Sequence record: KT429160.1
From: Staphylococcus phage SPbeta-like
Strand: one strand, 5' to 3'
Length of the DNA: 64,000 nt
Positions 39,295 through 48,143 of this stretch are shown one piece after another (positions within the stretch are counted from its first letter, which is position 1; each line of letters begins with the position of its first letter). The translations under genes were made by a program, and so were the position numbers. The notes under the pieces are model-generated. The model searched no databases and was not told the DNA's origin. It saw only the letters and a program-made list of their open reading frames with translations.

Positions 39295-39771
39295 CTAGGC
39301 TGCTAATTCTCTGTATTTTACAGGAGATAAGTAGCCTAGTTTTTGTTGAATTCGATTATTATTATAGTTTTTAATGTATTTTTCGACAATATCTATTACA
39401 ATATGATTAGAGCTATTAAGCTGATTATTGATGTAAAAAGTTTCAGACTTTAGCGAGGAATGAAAACTTTCTATCGGGGCGTTATCAGCAGGTGTTCCCT
39501 TTCGGGACATACTTCTGATAATGCCTTTTTCTTCGCATAATTGATAATAAGCATAAGATGTATAAACGCTGCCTTGATCACTATGTAATATACACCCCTC
39601 GGGTATATCGATTTGATTTAATGTATCATTAACTAAACTTTGGTCTTGTTTATCATCTATTTTATACGCCACAATTTCTCCGTTATAAATATCCATTATC
39701 GAAGATAAATACACATAGAATGACCAAATGGTAAATAAGTAATATCGGTTGTTAATACTTCCATGGGACAA
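39295..39771 (-). pseudogene. IS3-family transposase OrfB, DDE catalytic core part
   Basis: YLSSIMDIYNGEIVAYKI…HSDQGSVYTSYAY…GTPADNAPIESFHSSLKSE matches the IS3/IS150 integrase core; separated from the N-part by stop/frameshift in 39772-39818. Confidence 0.6.
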
Positions 39772-39818
39772 CTCGCTTTAAATTGTCTTTGTAATAAATT
39801 GTCAGTTTATAATACGGT

Positions 39819-40133
39819 TTACCTATCCTTGTCGTCTTTTAGGTCTAACTCGGCAGTCAAATGATGCTTCTGCATAATTCTCTGTACTCTCTTATGATTA
39901 ATTGGTGATGTATAACATTGATTAATCAGTGCTGTAATCTTACGATAACCGTAGGTATAGTGGTTAGCTTCACATAATTCAATAACTTTTTGTGTTACAG
40001 TATCATTTTTATAGGTTTTGTTTTTCCATCGGTAATATGTTGATTTAGGTATGTTTAATACTTCTAGTATCAATTTGATTGAATATTTTACTTTTAATTG
40101 ATCCACTAAATCTATGACTACTGCTGGTACCAC
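39819..40133 (-). pseudogene. IS3-family transposase OrfB, N-terminal part
   Basis: -1 frame relative to orfA; ends at a TAA at 39819 while the downstream catalytic part continues in another frame. Confidence 0.55.
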
Positions 40134-40432
40134 TTCCTTTCCAATGCCTTGTACTTTTTTAAAATATCCAATTCTATATCTTTTCTCTTATTTTCTAATT
40201 TTAATCGTTCTATTTCTGACAATTCTTCTAATCCTTTACCGTAGGTATATTGTTTCCCAACGTGTTGTGAAAATCTATAACTTTCCTCATTTCGATACCA
40301 TCGCCACCAAGTTTCCACTTGTGTTCTATTTTTAATATTTAATTCTTTCATAATTTCTTTTGTCGAAAAACCAGCTATTTTCATTTCAACTGCTTTATAC
40401 TTTGTTTCTACTGAATAAGAAACTCTTTTCAT
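40118..40432 (-). CDS. IS3-family transposase OrfA (HTH)
   Basis: 104-aa protein with HTH and leucine-zipper-like end typical of IS3 OrfA; -1 overlap with orfB. Confidence 0.75.
   Translation of the reverse strand: MKRVSYSVETKYKAVEMKIAGFSTKEIMKELNIKNRTQVETWWRWYRNEESYRFSQHVGKQYTYGKGLEELSEIERLKLENKRKDIELDILKKYKALERKWYQQ
40154..40160 (-). promoter_or_regulatory. A_AAA_AAG -1 programmed frameshift heptamer of the IS3 transposase
   Basis: Minus-strand AAAAAAG (plus ctttttt) in orfA codons Leu-Lys-Lys, 12 codons before the orfA stop; orfB is in the -1 frame. Confidence 0.6.
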
Positions 40433-40570
40433 AGAAAAAACACCTCCGCATGATTCATTTTATTATGAATTCAACGAAAGTGTTTTTATATAATTCCCAC
40501 TAATTGGGGTCAGTCCATTAACGCTAGTTCTTTTTTTTATTACATAAATTTAACTAAGGAGTGTTGTTCT

Positions 40571-42073
40571 TTGAAAACTCAAAAACAAGTTGCTGAAAGA
40601 TTACGTGCTTACGTTAACGGTACTGTTGATAGTCCATATCGAGTTAGAGATTGGACTCATTATGATGATGATTTTGGAACAATGGAACCGGGCTGTATTG
40701 ATGTTGATCGTAGCTTCCATGCTCAATGTATGGATCTCGTAATCGACTATTGTTTATGGATATCTGATAATCAATTTAGAATTCGTGGTAATGCAAAACA
40801 AGCTATCGACAACCCTCTTCCAAAAGGCTGGAAAATTATTCGTAATGAAAGAGCCACAGTGCCGAAACAGGGCTGGATAGGTGTTAATACAAGCACATAT
40901 TATGGTCATATTTGGCTCGTTGATAAAGGTGCTACTCAAATGACTATGCCTGTTATTGAGCAAAACTGGAATTCGTTAGCGAACTTAAAACCAAAACGTA
41001 GACTTGATTACTACTATGGTTGTACTCACTTTATCGTTCCGCCAATTAGTTCAAATAATGCTATTGTGAGAGCTGCTAAGAACGTTTTACCTAGTCCTAA
41101 ACCTATGAAAGTATTACTTGTAGCTGGACATGGTAAAGGTGCTTATTCAAACGATCCTGGTGTAGTAAATACTGAATTAGATATTTGTGAAAGAGACTTT
41201 GTTAGACAAAAAATCGTTCCTAATGTTGCTAAGTATCTTAAACAAGCAGAAGTAAATGTTCAGTTGTATGGTGGTTCTACTATGAACCAAGACATGTACC
41301 AAGACACTAGATATGGTGTTAATCTTGGAGATACTAAGAGATATGGAATGTACTGGGCTGCTCGACAAGGTTTCGATCAAATTGTTGAATTCCATTTGGA
41401 CGCAGCTAGTCCACAAGCTTCTGGTGGTCATGTAATTATTGATAATAACGTATATCAAGATAAGATTGATGAAAGACTTCATAAAGTTATTGATAAATAC
41501 GTTGGTACAATTCGAGGTATAGACAAGCGTGATAACTTATTGAATGCTAACGTATCTGCCGACCTAAACCAAAATTATAGATTAGTTGAATTAGGTTTCA
41601 TTACTAATAAAACTGATGTAAGAAATATCGAGAGACATCTTGAAGCTTTCACTAAAGAAATGGCTGAAGCTATTGTTGGTAATGTTATCGGTAATAACTT
41701 AGGTTCTCAAGATATAAAGCCTTCTACTAAAAAAGGTACTAAATCTAAACCTTCTAAGAAAAAACCTGAACCTCAACAAATTGAGTGGAAGTGGTCTGGC
41801 ACTTTCTACCCTAATACATCGATCAAAGTTAGAAGAAACTGGGGGCTTAACGGTGAAGAAGTTCCTAGAAAATTCTGGCTTAATGGAGAAAAAGACTGGG
41901 TATATATCCATTCAGTTATCAAAGATACTAAGAATAAATTATGGTGGGCTAAGATGACTTATCCTCAAAACAAGGAAATTAAATACTTCTATTGTGCTTT
42001 AGGTAAAATCACTGATAAAGAAGCCAAAATTAAAAAAGAAAAAGAATTATATGGTAAAATTAAATGGAAGTAA
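40571..42073 (+). CDS. endolysin (CHAP peptidase + amidase_3 + SH3b)
   Basis: 500 aa; N-terminal CHAP-like Cys/His region (…HAQCMDL…GHIWLV…); central amidase_3 block (KVLLVAGHGKGAYSNDPG…EFHLDAAS…NYRLVELGFITN); C-terminal SH3_5-like (WKWSGTFYPNTSIKVRRNWGLNGEEV); strong terminator after. Confidence 0.8.
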   Translation: MKTQKQVAERLRAYVNGTVDSPYRVRDWTHYDDDFGTMEPGCIDVDRSFHAQCMDLVIDYCLWISDNQFRIRGNAKQAIDNPLPKGWKIIRNERATVPKQGWIGVNTSTYYGHIWLVDKGATQMTMPVIEQNWNSLANLKPKRRLDYYYGCTHFIVPPISSNNAIVRAAKNVLPSPKPMKVLLVAGHGKGAYSNDPGVVNTELDICERDFVRQKIVPNVAKYLKQAEVNVQLYGGSTMNQDMYQDTRYGVNLGDTKRYGMYWAARQGFDQIVEFHLDAASPQASGGHVIIDNNVYQDKIDERLHKVIDKYVGTIRGIDKRDNLLNANVSADLNQNYRLVELGFITNKTDVRNIERHLEAFTKEMAEAIVGNVIGNNLGSQDIKPSTKKGTKSKPSKKKPEPQQIEWKWSGTFYPNTSIKVRRNWGLNGEEVPRKFWLNGEKDWVYIHSVIKDTKNKLWWAKMTYPQNKEIKYFYCALGKITDKEAKIKKEKELYGKIKWK

Positions 42074-42096
42074 TAAATTAGAGTTATTATAATTTA

Positions 42097-42138
42097 TCCC
42101 CTCTGACTATTTTAAATAGTTGGAGGGGAATTTTTTTG
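42097..42138 (+). terminator. rho-independent terminator after the endolysin
   Basis: Near-perfect 15-bp palindrome cccctctgactattt/aaatagttggagggg followed by aattttttt. Confidence 0.75.
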
Positions 42139-42148
42139 TGCATATATC

Positions 42149-42349
42149 TTATACTAGCTTTAAATTTATTGTTTGTGCCATCAAACACTTAGTTACTATC
42201 GTACTTGTTTGTAAATCAGTTAGTCTTATAGTATAAGAACCTTCTTTAGTTCTTATAACGATCATTACATCTTCAATTTTTTCCGTCTCGATATCTGGAA
42301 TAATTAGTCCTTGTGCAGCTTTACCAATAAAATTTACGTTCATCTCCAT
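42149..42349 (-). CDS. small hypothetical protein (66 aa)
   Basis: RBS GGGAGGA 9 nt upstream of the ATG on the minus strand; in the AT-rich accessory island. Confidence 0.4.
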   Translation of the reverse strand: MEMNVNFIGKAAQGLIIPDIETEKIEDVMIVIRTKEGSYTIRLTDLQTSTIVTKCLMAQTINLKLV

Positions 42350-42728
42350 TCAAACTTTGTCCTCCCAATTATGCTATAAACGTAATAAAAATGCGAAACT
42401 ATTTGTAACTATGTAAACTCTTTTTGATAATTAGTTGATAATTCTTAAATAAATAATAAGAACTCGTACAAGAAAAATAAATAAGTTATTTAACTTATTC
42501 TAAAGCAAAATGTTTATATAATTACTAATGTCATTAATTCGTTTCCCAATTATAATTACTCTTATTTATATTTCTTAAAATAATAATACAAAAATAAATA
42601 TATCACGATTATAATATTTATAGTATAAGTAATATTTACATAAAATTTATAAAAGTATCTTAAATGTAGCAAAAGTATTTCTTTTATTCAAAATTTTTAT
42701 ATTTTTTAAACATTTCTTTTTCAAGCAT

Positions 42729-42905
42729 TTATATTTCTTTAAATTGTATATTAAAATCTTTTGTACTTTTTATAACTATTGTTCTCCCCTCTTCATTTGC
42801 TCTAAGAACTGTAACTACGTCAAAAATATTTTCATTAGAAAATTGTAGCAACTCCTCTTCTGTGAAATCTCTCTCACCTTCAATTACAATTCGATATTTT
42901 TTCAT
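42729..42905 (-). CDS. small hypothetical protein (58 aa; MKKYRIVIEGERDFTEEELLQF…)
   Basis: Below the track cutoff; hand-translated; RBS aaaggatga upstream; plus-strand stop tta at 42729-42731. Confidence 0.3.
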   Translation of the reverse strand: MKKYRIVIEGERDFTEEELLQFSNENIFDVVTVLRANEEGRTIVIKSTKDFNIQFKEI

Positions 42906-43043
42906 AGTACATCATCCTTTCGCAAAATTTAAATATGAGAACGTTTGTTCGGTATTTATATTAAGTTATTATTAGAGTGATGTCAACAAAAACAAAAAAG
43001 CTCAATGGTAAATAACCAAAGAGCATACTAGATATTTGTACTA

Positions 43044-44690
43044 CTATGACTTATCTTCCACCAAATATTCAACTGGAATTTTACTAAGTATTAAATCTTT
43101 TGACAACTGTTCATCGTATTTAATAATAATCAGTTTCACATCATTTTGATCACATAGTTGTTGCTTACGCTTATCTCTCACCTGTTGTTTCTTTAGACTT
43201 TCTTCTCCTCCCCAATGTTCAACTGGCTTATAGTGTTGAACACCATTATATTCAAAACCAATTTTCAATTCCGGTACATAAATATCTATTTCTAAACCTT
43301 CAAGAAAGTTTGGTCTACAATGACGTTCGCATTCATAATTTTCAAAGATATCTTCAACAATTTTAAACATCATAGTTTCAGATATCCAACCTTCTCCTAT
43401 TTTAGCTACACCATATTCTTCTCTTAGAATATTTTCAGCTTCTTTTCCATAGATATCGTTATCTAAGTCGTTTTCTATTTGAACTTGATCAATATACCAA
43501 CCATGATACTTTCTAAATTTACTATCATTACTTGAGTATATGCGATTAGGAGTTGTTTTATTACATCTAAAGCATATATTATCTTTGAATTGAATGTCAT
43601 CAACTATGTTAGTATTATCATCATTTAGATATGCTTTAATAACTGGAGGTAAATATACTTTTACATTTAGTTTATTTACTTTTAATTTATGTAAAGCTTT
43701 TTTAGTACAACTACACATATATGGCTCTTGATCGAATGAGTCTCTAAATGCAAAGAATTTTGTTTCATGTTCTAATGGATAATAAGTTATATATGCTCTA
43801 TTGTCATCATTTAATACAAAATCAAAACTATTTCCATAGCTATAATTTAATATTCTCTTAATTCTATTTTCGGCATGTGATACAAATTCTCTATATTCAA
43901 TTAAATATTTTTGGTATAGTTTCTCTTCTAAATAAATTTCTTTATTTTTCCAATTCTTAATTAAAAAGAATATGTTTTCAATGTCATCTCTATGTTCAAG
44001 ATATTCCATATCGCTAGTTACTTTTATACTATATTTATTATCTTCAAATTCAAAGTTATCGAAACGCTTCATTAAATTGATTGCAGTCTCGAAATACTTC
44101 GATTTACTTTTAGATATTGTAATTCTTAATAAATCTTTTTCTTTATTCAATTCGTCTAATTCATCTATGTTAGGTTTGTATTGATTAGGGTTATCTAACA
44201 AAAGTCTGTCTAATGCTCCATAATATTTACCATTTATCTCAACTTCCTCAAAACGATCATTCAAAGGATGTAGCTCTGGTCTATTATCTACAAGAACCTC
44301 TTCAATTATATTATGGATATGATTTTGAGTATCTCTGCCTCTCTCAATGATATTAATAATTTCTTTAGAGTCCTTTATAGTTCCAATACTGATATAATTT
44401 GTGAAACTTTTATTGTTGTCACCATAAGTTATTCTAATAGGCTTATTTCCTAATGTTTCATCTAATTCTATTTGAATAACATCTTTAAAGGGAATTTTAT
44501 ATGCGAAATCTTCTACTTGATTTACCATATAAATTGAATTAATTGATAAATAAAATGAACAGTATATATTTCTGTATGTGCCATCGAAGGTATACTCGAA
44601 GTTACAAACAGTTTTATAATAAATTTCAACATTGCCAAACTTTTTTTCAAGATATTCATCGTTCATTTTTAAATCAGAATAAAAGTCCAT
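43044..44690 (-). CDS. hypothetical protein with C-terminal DUF559/PD-(D/E)xK-like nuclease domain and zinc-ribbon
   Basis: 548 aa; RBS taggagaaatagga; C-terminal GLEIDIYVPELKIGFEYNGVQHY…RDKRKQQLCDQNDVKLIIIKYDE fits the DUF559/Vsr-like endonuclease pattern (D…E-x-K… G-x-x-H); CxC and CxxC pairs (CSCTKK, CFRCNK); no homolog recognised for the N-terminal ~330 aa. Confidence 0.5.
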   Translation of the reverse strand: MDFYSDLKMNDEYLEKKFGNVEIYYKTVCNFEYTFDGTYRNIYCSFYLSINSIYMVNQVEDFAYKIPFKDVIQIELDETLGNKPIRITYGDNNKSFTNYISIGTIKDSKEIINIIERGRDTQNHIHNIIEEVLVDNRPELHPLNDRFEEVEINGKYYGALDRLLLDNPNQYKPNIDELDELNKEKDLLRITISKSKSKYFETAINLMKRFDNFEFEDNKYSIKVTSDMEYLEHRDDIENIFFLIKNWKNKEIYLEEKLYQKYLIEYREFVSHAENRIKRILNYSYGNSFDFVLNDDNRAYITYYPLEHETKFFAFRDSFDQEPYMCSCTKKALHKLKVNKLNVKVYLPPVIKAYLNDDNTNIVDDIQFKDNICFRCNKTTPNRIYSSNDSKFRKYHGWYIDQVQIENDLDNDIYGKEAENILREEYGVAKIGEGWISETMMFKIVEDIFENYECERHCRPNFLEGLEIDIYVPELKIGFEYNGVQHYKPVEHWGGEESLKKQQVRDKRKQQLCDQNDVKLIIIKYDEQLSKDLILSKIPVEYLVEDKS

Positions 44691-44756
44691 TCCTATTTCT
44701 CCTAATTTATTAATTTAATTATCTTATATTTTACAATACTTTTAATAATAATAAAT

Positions 44757-44800
44757 ACAAAAAATAACCCCTTGATTAAGAAATCAAAGAGTTATTTTGG
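44757..44800 (-). terminator. rho-independent terminator after the LPXTG gene
   Basis: aaccccttgatt-aagaa-aatcaaagagtt hairpin (10/12 bp), followed on the minus strand by a T run. Confidence 0.5.
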
Positions 44801-44832
44801 AGTTTAGATTTTACGAATATGATACTTATAAA

Positions 44833-45438
44833 TTATTTAGAATTAGAAGTACGTCTAAATGCTAATAATGAACCAGCTGCTAATAATACTGAAGCGATGA
44901 TTGTTGCTAAACCAGAGTTAGATTGTTCGCCTGTTTCTGGTAAAGCTTTTGTTGTTTGAGCTTCTTTAGTTTGAGTTGATTGTGTATTGTTTTCTTGAGT
45001 AGAAACATCGTTATCAGTTGTAGCAGTAGTAGTGTTGTTATTTGTTGCTGCTTGATTATTGTCAGTACTTTGTGTATTGTTTGGTGCGTCAATTGTTAAT
45101 ACATTGTTTGCGTCTCTAGGAGTCTGAGCTTCAATACGTCCATCTTTATAAACTTTTGCAGCACCTACACCGTTGTCTTTTTCACCAGAAAAAATAACAG
45201 TATAATAGTCACCATTGTCTTTTACTCCATTGTCTTTATCAGTAACGCCACCACCATGTCCTCCAATTGATACAGAACCCGCTTCAGTATATTTTGAACC
45301 AATAGCATTTTTAGCATAATCTCTAACATTTGAGTCATTTACATAATCAGCTGCATGTGCATTATGTGTAGCTCCTACACCTGTAAATAATAATGCTCCC
45401 GCTAATGTAGTTGTTGCTAAAACTTTAGATTTTTTCAT
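44833..45438 (-). CDS. LPXTG cell-wall-anchored surface protein (moron)
   Basis: Start moved to MKKSKVL (RBS GGGAGG 8 nt upstream); signal peptide …GATHNAHA/AD; Thr/Asn/Gln-rich low-complexity region; C-terminal LPETG then hydrophobic helix and RRTSNSK tail (sortase A signal); own terminator. Confidence 0.65.
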   Translation of the reverse strand: MKKSKVLATTTLAGALLFTGVGATHNAHAADYVNDSNVRDYAKNAIGSKYTEAGSVSIGGHGGGVTDKDNGVKDNGDYYTVIFSGEKDNGVGAAKVYKDGRIEAQTPRDANNVLTIDAPNNTQSTDNNQAATNNNTTTATTDNDVSTQENNTQSTQTKEAQTTKALPETGEQSNSGLATIIASVLLAAGSLLAFRRTSNSK

Positions 45439-45590
45439 TTTTATTTTCCTCCCAAAAAATAATATGTAATCACGGTTTAAATATTCGACACGTGTATATC
45501 TAATGTTAAACATCAGAATGGACATATAATGTCCTTGTCTAAACAATTTAGATTTATTTTAATTGTCTAATGTAACTCAATGAGAATAAA

Positions 45591-45632
45591 AGAAACTCTT
45601 TGATCGCTATTTTTTGATCAAAGAGTTTTTAT
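45591..45632. terminator. bidirectional rho-independent terminator
   Basis: aactctttgatc-gctatttttt-gatcaaagagtt 12-bp perfect stem with T runs on both strands; downstream of the serine recombinase. Confidence 0.65.
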
Positions 45633-45700
45633 CATACTCAAATTATTTAAAAATCTAATTTCAATCAATTTAGAAAAATACTTGTATTCTTTGTTATAAC

Positions 45701-45832
45701 GGGGATAGGACAACTTTTGGTACTTGATTATATTTCGACTTAATTAAGTACAGTTCCACCTAGAGATAGACTAAATAAAGTATTATTATAATTAAGTTCC
45801 TTTTCCAAAAGTCTCTTTAAAGTCCTATCCCC
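45701..45832. repeat. 11-bp perfect inverted repeat ggggataggac / gtcctatcccc flanking ~110 bp; right arm abuts the serine recombinase stop
   Basis: 45701-45711 ggggataggac and 45822-45832 gtcctatcccc are exact reverse complements. Confidence 0.5.
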
Positions 45833-47371
45833 TTAGAGAAAATTTACTTTTATTTTTGCTTCATTTTCGTCTGTTCGATCAACTATTATTTCTTTTATAA
45901 GAGTTTTATAGAAACGATTTATTTCTTTTTCTGACTCAGCTGATTGAACATCACTTAGCAATCTTTCAATTTTAGTTTTCTTAATGCTGTTATTTACTGT
46001 TTTAGCATTATCAATTTTCATTTTTATTGCTTCTATTTCTTTTTCTTTTTCATCAATTTCTTTTTCTTTTTCTACTTTTAATTCAATAGAGTCTTGTTCA
46101 TCATATAGTCCAATTAAGAAACCTTGAACAATTCTATTCTTTGCTTTCTGAATTGTTTCAAGTTCATCTTCTTTTTTCATTAATTCTTCTTTTAATTCTT
46201 CTACTAAATCTTTATTTTCATTTTGGTCTAATACACTATCAAGATAATCTTTAACTTGTAGAATAACTTCTTTAAGTGTCTCATAGACAACATTATATGA
46301 TATACCTTTATAAATTGATGAGTCTCCATGTTTGTTTTTCTTAGGGAAAAGATACAAGTCATCATCTGTACCTTTTTTACCTTGTGTTACTCTCATTGTC
46401 TTTCCGTCTGGTGTCTTACATAAACCAGTTAACGCATATGTTCTCACTTCTGATCCTTTGTGAGATTTCACGTTACATTCAAAGTATTGTTTTATTCTAT
46501 CAAACTCTTCTTTTGAATATAATGGTTGATGAGCATTATAAACTCTTCTCCACTCTTCTTCTGGCAATCTTCTGTAAGGTGTTGTAACTCTAGTTTTACT
46601 CTTTGAAGGTTTTTTATTTCCAACTGATTTATTATAAACAATATTACCAACATAGACTTCATTTTGAAGTATATTTGCTATTGATGATGATCTCCATTCA
46701 GTAGCTCTTCTTGGTTTGATTTTACGTTTATTCAATTCCCAAGCGATATCAGATGTTGATTTACCTTCAAAGAAAAAGTCCTTAATCATTATTACTACTT
46801 TAGCTTCTTCTTCCGATGGTGTTAATTTTTTAGTGGTCTTATTTACTATATATCCATAAGGTGTTACAGAGTTTACCCACTGTCCTCTACTTTGAGCTAA
46901 CTTTTTACCTTCTCTCATACGTTTATTAATTTGTTTGAATTCAAATCTAGCAAAGAAACCTTTAAATAGAATTATCTCTTCATCTGACTCATTGTTAGCG
47001 TCCAATACTTGATAAGGAGACTCAACAACAATTAATGTCTCTGACACTTTCATAGAGTATAGTATTCTATCGTTATCTGTACCATTACCTCTAGATAATC
47101 TGTCTAAGTCTACAACTAATACAGCGTCATATAAATTCTTCTCAACATCAGTAAGTAGTTTTTGCATTACTGGACGATCATCAATAGTTGAACCTGAACC
47201 AATTTCTTTATATAACTCATAGCTCCAATTATTTAATTCACATCTATTTAATAATCTAGTTTTATGGTTATCTAACTCACTTTCATCTTCTCCCCTAGAT
47301 AATCTTAAATATACAGCAACATGTTTGATTTCTTCTTCTATATTATGGAAGTTATGTTCATTAGTTCTCAT
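45833..47371 (-). CDS. large serine recombinase (phage integrase)
   Basis: 512 aa; N-terminal resolvase catalytic domain with VAVYLRLSRGEDE (active-site Ser); recombinase domain; Cys-rich zinc ribbon (CKTPDG…); coiled-coil C-terminus; architecture of SprA/phiC31-type integrases. Confidence 0.85.
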   Translation of the reverse strand: MRTNEHNFHNIEEEIKHVAVYLRLSRGEDESELDNHKTRLLNRCELNNWSYELYKEIGSGSTIDDRPVMQKLLTDVEKNLYDAVLVVDLDRLSRGNGTDNDRILYSMKVSETLIVVESPYQVLDANNESDEEIILFKGFFARFEFKQINKRMREGKKLAQSRGQWVNSVTPYGYIVNKTTKKLTPSEEEAKVVIMIKDFFFEGKSTSDIAWELNKRKIKPRRATEWRSSSIANILQNEVYVGNIVYNKSVGNKKPSKSKTRVTTPYRRLPEEEWRRVYNAHQPLYSKEEFDRIKQYFECNVKSHKGSEVRTYALTGLCKTPDGKTMRVTQGKKGTDDDLYLFPKKNKHGDSSIYKGISYNVVYETLKEVILQVKDYLDSVLDQNENKDLVEELKEELMKKEDELETIQKAKNRIVQGFLIGLYDEQDSIELKVEKEKEIDEKEKEIEAIKMKIDNAKTVNNSIKKTKIERLLSDVQSAESEKEINRFYKTLIKEIIVDRTDENEAKIKVNFL

Positions 47372-47954
47372 CTATAATTCCACCTCTTATTCCATTCTTA
47401 TTCAAAGTAAATGTAACTGATAAATCTATCTCATCTTCAATATCAACATCTGTTGCTATCCATTGATTTTTATTTACAGCTTTTACGTTATATTTATTTA
47501 ATACATCATAAACACTTTTATTTGATAAATTAGTAAGTTTCACAATATCAGAAGTAGCATGTGTTTTTGCTAATTCAATTATTCTCTCCTCAATCTCTTC
47601 TGTAATCTTACGTGTAGGTCGATGTAAATCTAATTGAAATAATTTCTTCTTAATAGAAGTACGTGACCTTCTAGGTAATAGTTTCATTAATTCTGGCCAC
47701 TCAATATCATAATTATCTTTTAGTATTTGTTCCTCTTCTTCTGACCAACGTTTAGAAGGTTTAACGTGTTTCTTTTTTGTTTTAAACATGTAGTCATACT
47801 TTGCACGTACTTGTTTATTTGTTCTATTTGGAAAGAAGTCTGCTATATCATTTAAAGTAATATTTTTTTTGTATAATTTTTTAAGTAGTTCTTCTTCTGA
47901 AGAAGTCCAACGATTAAATGTTCTTTTACTTTTATCACTCATTTTATAATTCAA
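47361..47954 (-). CDS. Myb/SANT-like DNA-binding protein (candidate recombination directionality factor or regulator)
   Basis: 197 aa; overlaps the serine recombinase start by 11 nt; two W-spaced SANT-like repeats (RWTSSEEELL…, RWSEEEEQIL…). Confidence 0.4.
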   Translation of the reverse strand: MNYKMSDKSKRTFNRWTSSEEELLKKLYKKNITLNDIADFFPNRTNKQVRAKYDYMFKTKKKHVKPSKRWSEEEEQILKDNYDIEWPELMKLLPRRSRTSIKKKLFQLDLHRPTRKITEEIEERIIELAKTHATSDIVKLTNLSNKSVYDVLNKYNVKAVNKNQWIATDVDIEDEIDLSVTFTLNKNGIRGGIIDEN

Positions 47955-48143
47955 CCCCTATTCATAATATATATTTATATTATACCCTAAATACAAAAGA
48001 AAACCACCTAGACAGGCGGCTTAATTTAATTTATTATATTTTAATTCCATTGAGTGTATGTATTTGTTCTTGTGTTACGTTAATATGTATATTTTTAAGT
48101 TTATCCTTCACTTTCTTGGAAAACTTTACTGATTTTGTTTTAC

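Larger units (their letters stand above)
39240..40530 (-). mobile_element. IS3-family insertion sequence (orfA plus frameshifted, degenerate orfB)
   Basis: ~1.29-kb element bounded by imperfect ~35-40-bp terminal inverted repeats (39240 gaactagttaaggtactgaccccc…; 40530 reverse complement gaactagcgttaatggactgacccc…); orfA with HTH; A_AAA_AAG slippery site; DDE orfB. Confidence 0.7.

Noticed and set aside
42350-43043. tRNA or CRISPR array in the AT-rich spacer
   Set aside because: No GC-rich cloverleaf-capable segments; no regularly spaced direct repeats; only short isolated palindromes.
45701-45832. Miniature inverted-repeat transposable element
   Set aside because: Only 11-bp arms; no flanking direct repeats recognisable; more simply a recombinase- or regulator-associated site or coincidence.
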